46,513 nt of DNA, taken from contig DASRRA010000072.1 of the NCBI GenBank assembly GCA_035696085.1, forward strand, positions 1-46,513, given 5' to 3'. Made by a program: the position numbers and the translations under genes. The notes beneath the pieces are model-generated. The model made no database searches. It was not told where the DNA came from and was given only the letters and a program-made list of their open reading frames with translations. Shown piece by piece: positions 16,877-25,029 of this stretch; the stretch's first letter is position 1; the number at the start of each line of letters is the position of its first letter. The DNA is from Bacteroidia bacterium. GTDB taxonomy: Bacteria; Bacteroidota; Bacteroidia; 2-12-FULL-35-15.

Positions 16877-17590
16877 ATGAAACATAATGCTACTCTCTTC
16901 ATTTTGTTCCTTTTGGTATTCGCTCAACCATCGATAGCTCAAACAAGAAACACCTTTCAAAAACAAACCTTTGTTGGTGTTCACGGTTCCCCTACTCTAT
17001 ACATTCCGCGCTGGAATTTCAATAATGACCAATATAAACTTCAACCCCTCGTTGGTTTTATGACAGGAGTATCTTTTCAATACAATTTTTTAAAGCACTT
17101 TGAGCTACATGTAGAATTGAACTATGAGGAAACGGGGTATCGCTCCATCGCACAGAACCCTTGCCCCGATTGCATAATTTACAATGATGTATATACGGGG
17201 AATATGTTTGCCTTACCTTCTAATTTTACGCACCGCTATCAATACTTGTCTCTTCCGGTCTCTTTAAAATTCAACATGATCAAGCGCGAACGCTTTGCCT
17301 TCTTTTTGGATGCCGGAATTAATTTCAGAGCTTTTTTAGGTGAAGATCTGGTTGCCGCAAATTATTATACAGGAGAAACGCTCTACGCATTTCATTATGA
17401 TCGAAAAGAAAAATATTTGGGCGGCCTTGCGGGACTAGGTGTTGATTTTACCCTCACGAAAAGAGTACATGTCTTTATAGAAGCAAGGGACTATTTCTTT
17501 AACCGCCGCTTAACGGAAACTGATAATATGGAGTTGACGCAACACTCCTTTCAATTAATAGTAGGACTTACCTATCGCCTTAATCAATAA
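16877..17590 (+). CDS. Small outer-membrane beta-barrel protein (porin/PorT-like OMP_b-brl_2 type)
   Basis: Signal peptide ending SIAQ. Alternating-strand pattern, HFELHVELNYEETGY, and C-terminal GLTYRLNQ. Paralog of the next gene. Confidence 0.65.
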   Translation: MKHNATLFILFLLVFAQPSIAQTRNTFQKQTFVGVHGSPTLYIPRWNFNNDQYKLQPLVGFMTGVSFQYNFLKHFELHVELNYEETGYRSIAQNPCPDCIIYNDVYTGNMFALPSNFTHRYQYLSLPVSLKFNMIKRERFAFFLDAGINFRAFLGEDLVAANYYTGETLYAFHYDRKEKYLGGLAGLGVDFTLTKRVHVFIEARDYFFNRRLTETDNMELTQHSFQLIVGLTYRLNQ

Positions 17591-17614
17591 TTCAATCATT
17601 TAAATTTTAATAAC

Positions 17615-18289
17615 ATGTATAAATTCAGTTTTTTTATTGTCTTGTTTTTAACAAGTGTGACGTTGTCAACTGCGCAAACACAGGAAGAAGAGGCGCTAAC
17701 ACGTCTGAATAAAATGTTTATTGGGATCCAATGTGGTCCTGTGTTCCGCATTCCTACCACACTGTACAAAGATAGCGATTATAAAATCGACGAATTACCA
17801 AGTTGTACGTTTGGACTGTCCTTTCAACATAATTTTTCCAAACGTTTTACATTTCGTACGGAATTAAATTATGAAAAAGTAACTTCCCGTTATAGCGTAT
17901 ATACCAACAGAATTCTTTTTTATGAATTCACTGCCAGCTCAGTACCCGCCTTGAGGTCAACACCATATACAGTTACTTATTCCGATGAATCCTTCACATT
18001 TCCAGTCCTAATGAAATTTAATTTAATTGCACAGGAAAAAAACACACTGTTCGTTGATGCAGGTACTGTTGTAAACCATTTTTTCCGCAGCTATGTAGCC
18101 GTTCGTTCTGACACAGAAAATAATAGCGGCAAAAGGCATATGAGCAATTACATGTTAGGTGGTTTTTTCGGGTTAGGTTACGACCGAAAACTCGACTCCA
18201 GAATGCATCTCACAATTGAAGCAAGAAATAATACATTAACATATCTGCGGGATTGGCGTTTACTAATTGGTTTTGCCTACCGTTTATAG
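17615..18289 (+). CDS. Small outer-membrane beta-barrel protein, paralog of 16877..17590
   Basis: Signal peptide ending STAQ. FTFRTELNYEKVTS parallels the upstream gene. C-terminal GFAYRL. Confidence 0.65.
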   Translation: MYKFSFFIVLFLTSVTLSTAQTQEEEALTRLNKMFIGIQCGPVFRIPTTLYKDSDYKIDELPSCTFGLSFQHNFSKRFTFRTELNYEKVTSRYSVYTNRILFYEFTASSVPALRSTPYTVTYSDESFTFPVLMKFNLIAQEKNTLFVDAGTVVNHFFRSYVAVRSDTENNSGKRHMSNYMLGGFFGLGYDRKLDSRMHLTIEARNNTLTYLRDWRLLIGFAYRL

Positions 18290-18368
18290 TTCAGGATTTG
18301 TCGTTTTTGGATGCCAAGCTCCTCCGTTTATTGAAAAAATAAGCTCCTACAACCCGCATTGCTTATTA

Positions 18369-18399
18369 TTTGCAAATCAGCCTATAAATCATATCTTTG
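18369..18399 (+). promoter_or_regulatory. Bacteroidota sigma-A type promoter for efp (TTTG-N19-TATCTTTG)
   Basis: TTTG at 18369..18372 and TATCTTTG at 18392..18399, 19 nt apart, about 50 nt upstream of the efp ATG. Confidence 0.5.
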
Positions 18400-18448
18400 C
18401 ATTCCGATTTAAAAATCTGATCAATAAACATTCATAACTCAATAATTA

Positions 18449-19009
18449 ATGGCAACTACAGGCGACATTAACGTAGGTTCGGTTATCCGTTTTAACGGCG
18501 AACTTTGCAGAATAGAAGAATACCAACACCGTACTCCGGGTAACTTACGCGCTTTTTACCAGGCACGTATGCGTAATTTAAAAAACGGAAAAATTGTTGA
18601 AAACCGTTTTCGCTCAGGCGAAGCCGTAGAAGTGGTAAGAGTCGATTACAAACAAATGCAATTCATTTACCCGGAAGGCGACTTCATCGTTTGTATGGAC
18701 AATGAAACATTTGAACAAGTATATATCCCTTCGTTTTTATTAGGTGATACGTTACAGTTTTTAAAAGAAGGAATGGAAGTTAAAGTATCGTTTGAAGGGG
18801 ATGAACCCATCCTTGCAGAGGCACCAACTTTCGTAGAATTGACCATTACTTACGCTGAGCCAGGTGTTAAAGGCGATACGGCAACAAACACACTAAAACC
18901 AGCAACATTGGAAACAGGTGCTATCGTGAACGTGCCTTTGTTTGTAAATGAAGGAGAAAAAATAAAAGTGGATACCCGCACACATGCCTATGTAGAGCGT
19001 GTTAAATAA
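18449..19009 (+). CDS. efp: Translation elongation factor P
   Basis: 186 aa. N-terminal KOW-like IRFNGELCRIEEYQHRTPGNLRAFYQARMRNLKNGK and C-terminal OB domains (VNVPLFVNEGEKIKVDTR). Confidence 0.92.
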   Translation: MATTGDINVGSVIRFNGELCRIEEYQHRTPGNLRAFYQARMRNLKNGKIVENRFRSGEAVEVVRVDYKQMQFIYPEGDFIVCMDNETFEQVYIPSFLLGDTLQFLKEGMEVKVSFEGDEPILAEAPTFVELTITYAEPGVKGDTATNTLKPATLETGAIVNVPLFVNEGEKIKVDTRTHAYVERVK

Positions 19010-19113
19010 TTTTAGCCTGCCTATTTTCAGTTAGTTAGCGCTAATTTTTTAAGACGTCGGATTATTTGGCATAATTATATTTTCTGACATTAAAAAATAA
19101 AGCCTATTTCCTC

Positions 19114-19152
19114 AAAAAATGCCTCATCAAAAAGTTGGTGAGGCATTTTTTT
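19114..19152 (+). terminator. Rho-independent terminator after efp (bidirectional architecture)
   Basis: AAAAAATGCCTCA-(12 nt)-TGAGGCATTTTTTT. The stem is flanked by an A-tract and a T-tract. Confidence 0.7.
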
Positions 19153-19158
19153 AATTAT

Positions 19159-19166
19159 TATATTTG
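19159..19166 (+). promoter_or_regulatory. -7 box TATATTTG upstream of the second lpxD paralog
   Basis: Exact TAnnTTTG, 25 nt upstream of the ATG at 19192. Confidence 0.4.
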
Positions 19167-19191
19167 AACCAACCTGTAGCTAATTTTAAAG

Positions 19192-20127
19192 ATGAAATTA
19201 CCCATACAACTTACATTAAAAGAAATTGCGAGCCTGATCAATTGTGAGTTTGATGGAAATCCGGATCATCCCATTACCGGCTTGAATGAAATACATATGG
19301 TGGAGCCTGGAGATATTGTGTTTGTTGACCATCCCAAATATTACGACAAAGCATTAAATTCAAAAGCAACGACGATTTTAATTGATAAAAAAACGGCTTG
19401 TCCTGCCGGAAAAGCCTTGTTAATTTCAGAAGATCCTTTTAGAGATTACAATAAGTTGGTTAGGCATTTCCAACCCATTAATTATTCCTCTAAATCCATT
19501 AGTGATACTGCAAAAGTGGGGGTTAATACGGTTATCATGCCTGGTGTTTACCTTGGAAACAACGTCACCGTTGGAGATAATTGCGTCTTACATCCCAATG
19601 TGGTGGTTTATGATAACTGCCATATCGGAAACAATGTTACCATACATGCGAACACCGTTGTTGGTGGTGATGCATTTTATTATAAAAAAAGAGCGACCCA
19701 TTTTGATAAAATGATTTCCTGCGGCCGTGTCATCATTGAAGATGATGTAGAGATTGGTTGCGGATGCACCATTGATAAAGGTGTTTCAGGAGATACCGTC
19801 ATCGGAGCAGGAAGCAAACTGGATAATCAAATACAAATCGGGCACGATACACAACTTGGTAAGATGTGTTTACTGGCCTCACAAGTGGGTGTAGCCGGTG
19901 TTGTCAGCATTGGAGATTCGGTTACGCTTTGGGGACAAGTTGGTATTCGCAGCGATGTAAAGATTGGAACCGGTGCTGTTTTATTAGCGCAAGCGGGATT
20001 GGCCGAAGATGTTCCCTCCGGTAAAACGTATTTCGGAACACCTGCTATTGATGCCCGAACAAAGATGAGAGAAATAGCGGCCGTAAAAATGCTTCCAGAT
20101 GTTTTAAAGAAAGTACACAGTAAATAA
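19192..20127 (+). CDS. LpxD-family UDP-3-O-acylglucosamine N-acyltransferase, short paralog (311 aa)
   Basis: Same architecture as lpxD: N-domain LKEIASLINCEF...ITGLNEI, hexapeptide helix, catalytic QIGHDTQLG. Its C-terminal helix is shorter than in the 349-aa copy. Confidence 0.8.
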   Translation: MKLPIQLTLKEIASLINCEFDGNPDHPITGLNEIHMVEPGDIVFVDHPKYYDKALNSKATTILIDKKTACPAGKALLISEDPFRDYNKLVRHFQPINYSSKSISDTAKVGVNTVIMPGVYLGNNVTVGDNCVLHPNVVVYDNCHIGNNVTIHANTVVGGDAFYYKKRATHFDKMISCGRVIIEDDVEIGCGCTIDKGVSGDTVIGAGSKLDNQIQIGHDTQLGKMCLLASQVGVAGVVSIGDSVTLWGQVGIRSDVKIGTGAVLLAQAGLAEDVPSGKTYFGTPAIDARTKMREIAAVKMLPDVLKKVHSK

Positions 20128-20199
20128 ATTTTCAGTGAATTTAGAATAGTGTTTGTGATTGGAGTTAGTTGAACCATTAAATTTTAAATCTTATTTATT

Positions 20200-21423
20200 A
20201 TGTCTGATAATCCTGTAAATAAAAATATTTCAAAAAATATTAGGGATATAAAGCTTAATTCACTGCTGGAAATTACGAAGGCTATTAACCGCAATTCCTC
20301 TACGGAACAGCTTTTACAAATTTTTGAAGAAGTACTTGAAACACAGTTAAACATTGGTAAACTCGTACTTTTCAGTTATGAAAATGGTTGGAAATGTGTT
20401 TTAAAATATGGTGTGGGTGATGAATACAATGACATTGATGTAGAACGCGATTTACTTCCCATCACAGAGATTGCTACCATCAATTTTTCTCAAAAACGAT
20501 TAAATAAGGCATTTGAAATTGTTATTCCTGTTTTCCATAAATCACAACCGCTTGCCTATGTATTGGTAGGAGATTTAGAAGATCGCGTGGAAGTAAGCCC
20601 TGCCATTAAACACTTACCTTTTGTTCAAACACTCACCAGTATTATTGTGGTGGCCATCGAAAATAAAAAACTGGCAAAGGATACCATCCGCCAGGCTGCT
20701 ATGCGAAAAGAGTTGGAGCTTGCTTCAGAGATGCAATCCATGCTTTTCCCAAGCACATTGCCAACAGATAATAAACTGGATTGTGCAGCCTTTTATTTGC
20801 CGCATCAACAAGTAGGTGGCGACTATTATGACTTCATGTGGCTAAGCGAGCATGAATGTGCATTTTGTGTGGCTGATGTTTCCGGGAAAGGTGTTGCTGC
20901 AGCCCTACTCATGTCTAACTTTCAAGCCAACTTGCGAATTCTGTTTAATCATACCAGTTCGCTTACCGACTTGGTACGCGCTTTAAACAGCAAAGTGATG
21001 GCGAATGCAAAAGGAGAAAAATTCATCACGCTCTTTATTGCCAAATATAACTTACTAACACGCACACTTACATATGTAAATGCTGCTCACAATCCTCCTT
21101 TAATTTCTATCGGAAACTCCATCAGTACGCTTAAAGTGGGATGCACCGGACTCGGAATGTTTGACGACATCCTTCAGTTAAAAGAGGGTGTTGTTCAAAT
21201 TACACCTGGAACGACAATCGTTTGCTATACGGATGGACTTGTGGAGTTGGAAAATGATAAGAATATAGACTTCGGCATTGAAGCTCTAAAAGCGATTTTG
21301 AAAAATAATGCTCATCTCAGCATGAGTGATTTAAACGCATTAATCATGCAAACTATCATTGAATACAAGCAAAATCAACCTTATGTAGATGATATCGCTT
21401 TATTCAGCGTGAAGGTCCACTAA
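20200..21423 (+). CDS. GAF-domain PP2C/SpoIIE-family serine phosphatase (RsbU-like)
   Basis: The C-terminal half has SpoIIE motifs GGDYYDF, VADVSGKGVAAALLMS, NAAHNPP and YTDGLVE. The N-terminal roughly 170 aa look GAF-like. Confidence 0.8.
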   Translation: MSDNPVNKNISKNIRDIKLNSLLEITKAINRNSSTEQLLQIFEEVLETQLNIGKLVLFSYENGWKCVLKYGVGDEYNDIDVERDLLPITEIATINFSQKRLNKAFEIVIPVFHKSQPLAYVLVGDLEDRVEVSPAIKHLPFVQTLTSIIVVAIENKKLAKDTIRQAAMRKELELASEMQSMLFPSTLPTDNKLDCAAFYLPHQQVGGDYYDFMWLSEHECAFCVADVSGKGVAAALLMSNFQANLRILFNHTSSLTDLVRALNSKVMANAKGEKFITLFIAKYNLLTRTLTYVNAAHNPPLISIGNSISTLKVGCTGLGMFDDILQLKEGVVQITPGTTIVCYTDGLVELENDKNIDFGIEALKAILKNNAHLSMSDLNALIMQTIIEYKQNQPYVDDIALFSVKVH

Positions 21424-22914
21424 TTTGCTGCTTACAGCATCTGCATTATCCGGATCCCCCTTTAACATCATTTCACTGGTTTGCAACTTGCGATGATATA
21501 AATCAATGGCAACAAACATTGCTATAAAGCCCCAGAACGGGACAGACGCTTTATCAGTATCCAAGAAATTATTCAACACGCCATGAACGATATAAGTAAC
21601 AAAGCCCAGTAATAATACCAACACCAGTTTTTTCATTTCATTTTCTTTAATAGAATAAAACAACCTGAATCCTGTTGCTAATACACAAATAATGATGGCA
21701 ATAAAAGTGAGCATTCCCAATACACCGGCTTCACTTAATGGGCCCAGGTACTCGCTGTGAGCATTTCCCCTGTTTCCCATATTTGTACTGATGATTGTTT
21801 TTTCCTGTGCCTGTTGAAAAGGTGCGTATACAAACTGATAGGTTCCTGGACCCCAACCAAACACCGGTCTTTCTTCAAACATACGGAAAGCAGCCGACCA
21901 ACGATTCAAGCGTTCCAAATTGGAAGCATCTGTTGAAATGTTGGATATGGATTGTAAATGTTTATCAAAATCCTGTGAAGCATCCTGCCTGTTTTTTTCA
22001 AGACTTAATTTGATATCTGTTTGAAAAGTCAAAGCTAAGATTGCAATGATAACTGTGAAAAACAGGATAAAATTAAATTTTATACGAAGCATGAGTATAA
22101 CAAAAACCACAACAGCTACTGCCAAACTAAGCCAGGCTGCCCTTGTATACGAGAGTATCAGCGCCACTACAAAAATTCCCAAAACCAGGGTAGCCGAAAA
22201 TTTTATGATAGCAGAATATTTCTTATTCACTGTGAAAAAAATTATGGCCGGAAAAAACATGGCGAGCATCGCCCCGTACACAGTATGGTCATTATAAAAC
22301 GGAGACATTACATAATTTGCAGGCGTTTCTTCGAACCCGTACAACGAGTGATTATAAATGGTATAAAAAATCACCAGTACAAATGCTGAAACATAGAGCC
22401 ATATAAATCGCTTGATGTTTTTGTATTCTTTAAATAGTTGTACACCTAAAAAATAAAAAACAAGCACATACCACAACCTGGATATTAAAAACTTAATCGA
22501 GACAACAGGATACTCACTTGTAATACTTGTTACAAATATCCATGCTAAATAAACAATGATGGAAATAGTAATCGGATGACGCATCACCGCTTTATCAACC
22601 GTAGATTCATGTAGCTGTTTAAGGATAAACAATAGCATGATTCCAAATATGATGGGCTCTGTGGGCAAACTTAAGCCTAAACCTCCTTCCAGGTGCTGCA
22701 AATTAATGGCGAGTGGTGTTAAAAAAACAACAAACAATATTAATTTATCTAGTGAATAAACAGCCAGCAGAATTACAAGTAGCGCTAATGGAACTAAATT
22801 TATATAGTAATTTTCATAATAAATGCACAACGCATTTATGGCCATAAATGTAAAGACCAGGATATAAACCCATCTTATATTTTTTATGAGTGGCAAAGTG
22901 CTTGAATTAATCAA
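21400..22914 (-). CDS. O-antigen ligase / polymerase family (Wzy_C domain) membrane protein
   Basis: About 12 TM segments. Motifs SYTRAAWLSL and periplasmic loop GNAHSEYLGPLSEAGVLGM. TTG start overlaps the upstream Wzz stop (TTGATTAA). Confidence 0.75.
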   Translation of the reverse strand: MINSSTLPLIKNIRWVYILVFTFMAINALCIYYENYYINLVPLALLVILLAVYSLDKLILFVVFLTPLAINLQHLEGGLGLSLPTEPIIFGIMLLFILKQLHESTVDKAVMRHPITISIIVYLAWIFVTSITSEYPVVSIKFLISRLWYVLVFYFLGVQLFKEYKNIKRFIWLYVSAFVLVIFYTIYNHSLYGFEETPANYVMSPFYNDHTVYGAMLAMFFPAIIFFTVNKKYSAIIKFSATLVLGIFVVALILSYTRAAWLSLAVAVVVFVILMLRIKFNFILFFTVIIAILALTFQTDIKLSLEKNRQDASQDFDKHLQSISNISTDASNLERLNRWSAAFRMFEERPVFGWGPGTYQFVYAPFQQAQEKTIISTNMGNRGNAHSEYLGPLSEAGVLGMLTFIAIIICVLATGFRLFYSIKENEMKKLVLVLLLGFVTYIVHGVLNNFLDTDKASVPFWGFIAMFVAIDLYHRKLQTSEMMLKGDPDNADAVSSKLVDLHAE

Positions 22915-23860
22915 TCAATGTTATTTTTTTCTCCTGAAATAAAATAATCACAAATGTCAGAAGGTTCGCTGCTAAAACAGAGATAAGCACAATTAACCAG
23001 CGGATCGGATATGATTTCTTGTCGGCAATAATAGGTCCTGTTACCTTATTGATATAGGTAAGTTCCTTATTCAGATCCGTTAAGGTATTATCATACTCCA
23101 CTTTAATTCCATAGTAATTGCTCAACATCCCGTCATATATTCTTGTTAACGTATAAAACTCCCCTCCTTTTTGTTGCAAATTATTAATCATCATATCAAT
23201 TTCTTTATAATTGCTTTTTCCGGAGGCATTCATGTTTTTAATGTACCCTTTTGTAAATTCTTTTACCTGGGAACCATAATCCAATAAACCATAGTTGGTT
23301 CGTAAGCTTTGTAAAACGCCATTTATGGAATCCAACTCTTCCTTGCGATCTACTAACTGTTTTCTACGCATTTCCAAAAGCTCCTTGGATTTTTCGCGTT
23401 GCAATGATTTTACTTTTTCATTAAAGGAATGAATAATCTCTTTTACCATGTCGCAGGCAATCTTAGGATCCGTATCCATTACTTTTATTAATATAGACTC
23501 GTAATCCGTACGTGAAACAGAAACATTGGACTCATATTCACTCATCAATTCGGAAACACCAGCAGTTTTGCTTGTATCAATATTATAATGCGCTGCTAAA
23601 TTGAACTTTTTTATAACTGCATTTTGAATATCTGCAGATTCAAACAGCTGCATCATTTGTTCTGACTTACTTTCAGAACTGTAAGGCGTTAAATTGGCCG
23701 GATAAACAATGGAAAATGATTTATATTTTGGTTTAATAAACCATTTGCTGGAAAATAAAGCGGAAATTAATATAGCACCTACCGTTACTATTATAAATTG
23801 TTTTTTCCATTTTATAATAAGCTTGATAAAATATGTAAGGCCTTCTGTGTATTCTTGCAT
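22907..23860 (-). CDS. Wzz-type polysaccharide chain-length determinant (PCP without kinase domain)
   Basis: N-terminal TM after the Wzz-like start (KWKKQFIIVTVGAILISALF), a long coiled-coil periplasmic region, and a C-terminal TM (RWLIVLISVLAANLLTFVIILF). Confidence 0.7.
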   Translation of the reverse strand: MQEYTEGLTYFIKLIIKWKKQFIIVTVGAILISALFSSKWFIKPKYKSFSIVYPANLTPYSSESKSEQMMQLFESADIQNAVIKKFNLAAHYNIDTSKTAGVSELMSEYESNVSVSRTDYESILIKVMDTDPKIACDMVKEIIHSFNEKVKSLQREKSKELLEMRRKQLVDRKEELDSINGVLQSLRTNYGLLDYGSQVKEFTKGYIKNMNASGKSNYKEIDMMINNLQQKGGEFYTLTRIYDGMLSNYYGIKVEYDNTLTDLNKELTYINKVTGPIIADKKSYPIRWLIVLISVLAANLLTFVIILFQEKKITLID

Positions 23861-23936
23861 AATTCAAATGATAATGTAAAACATGTTTTTAGAGTGAACT
23901 ATACATTTTAAAACTTATTTTACTAGATAAATAATT

Positions 23937-24956
23937 CTACTCTTTGTGGACTAGCTTAACTCTGTATTCGTTAATATTTTCAATTAATAATATCACTAAT
24001 ATAGCTAAAATCAAAGTAGAAACGGTGGTAACCAGCATAATTATCCACCTTACCGGGTACGATCTTTTCTCAGCAGGAAAAGCTTTACTCACAATAAATT
24101 TTTGCGGTAATTCTCTCTCCGCATCCACTTTCGTTTCTTCATATTTTGTTTGCAATAAATTCAGTTGCGTCTGTTGCAGTGCCAGCTGATCCCTCACAGC
24201 AATGTAAGCGCTCCCATATTTTCCAATAATTTGTAATTTCTCCTCCAATGATTTGATGGCGCGGGAATCTCCCCTTGAAATAGCAATCGCATATTGTTCA
24301 CTTGTTACCTCTGATTGTGACTCATAATCATAAATACCATGACTATTCAACGCTTTCAAAGAATCCATCAATGACTGTACAAAAATTACTTTCTCATTAT
24401 ATTGTCTTTGAACGATTGCAAGGGCTTCTTTTACGCGCTCTTGTTGAATGCGGATTTTAACCGAATCATGCAATGCCGCGATATCATTTGCGATATTGGC
24501 TGCCATTAACGGATCCTTATCTAAAACATCAATTCTAACTGACATTAACTCCGTACGTTTCAACGTAATATTATCCTGAAATTCATTTTCCAATAACGTA
24601 CGTTTTTGATCACATGTAGAATCAATCCCATAATGCGCCATTAAATTATATTTTTTTGCAATCCTATCTTTAATCTCTTCCGATTTAAGGATTTGCAGCA
24701 TCTGCTCTGCTTCTTCTTCCTCCCCAAATTTTAAAAGGTCAACATCCTTGCTATATAAAGCTTTAGATATGGAATTGGTGGTGGCTGGAAACAGAATAAC
24801 CGTCGATTTATATTTCTCTTGTATCAATAACGAAACAATACCGGAGACAACAATTGCCGAAATGCCCACAACGCCAAGCACTTTACGCCACTTGTAAATA
24901 AAATACAACACGTTTAATGAATTAAAATCATTTGGCGCTTGACTTTTACTATACAT
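23937..24956 (-). CDS. Wzz-type polysaccharide chain-length determinant, tandem paralog
   Basis: Same topology: KWRKVLGVVGISAIVVSGIVSLL ... VRWIIMLVTTVSTLILAILVILLI. Shares local motifs with 22907..23860 (KKYNLMAHYGID versus KKFNLAAHYNID). Confidence 0.7.
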   Translation of the reverse strand: MYSKSQAPNDFNSLNVLYFIYKWRKVLGVVGISAIVVSGIVSLLIQEKYKSTVILFPATTNSISKALYSKDVDLLKFGEEEEAEQMLQILKSEEIKDRIAKKYNLMAHYGIDSTCDQKRTLLENEFQDNITLKRTELMSVRIDVLDKDPLMAANIANDIAALHDSVKIRIQQERVKEALAIVQRQYNEKVIFVQSLMDSLKALNSHGIYDYESQSEVTSEQYAIAISRGDSRAIKSLEEKLQIIGKYGSAYIAVRDQLALQQTQLNLLQTKYEETKVDAERELPQKFIVSKAFPAEKRSYPVRWIIMLVTTVSTLILAILVILLIENINEYRVKLVHKE

Positions 24957-24988
24957 TATTAATAGTTTATTTATTGTTTAGAGGATGA

Positions 24989-24996
24989 CAAAAATA
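24989..24996 (-). promoter_or_regulatory. -7 box (TATTTTTG on minus strand) upstream of the Wzz pair
   Basis: CAAAAATA on the plus strand, 32 nt upstream of the ATG at 24956. Confidence 0.35.
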
Positions 24997-25029
24997 GAAA
25001 AAATTAAATAACTCTCAATTTTAATGGCC

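Noticed and set aside
19020-19060. Palindrome TTAGCGCTAA followed by TTTTTT just after efp, as the efp terminator
   Set aside because: The palindrome has no loop and at most a 3-bp usable stem. The much stronger hairpin at 19114..19152 is the more credible terminator.
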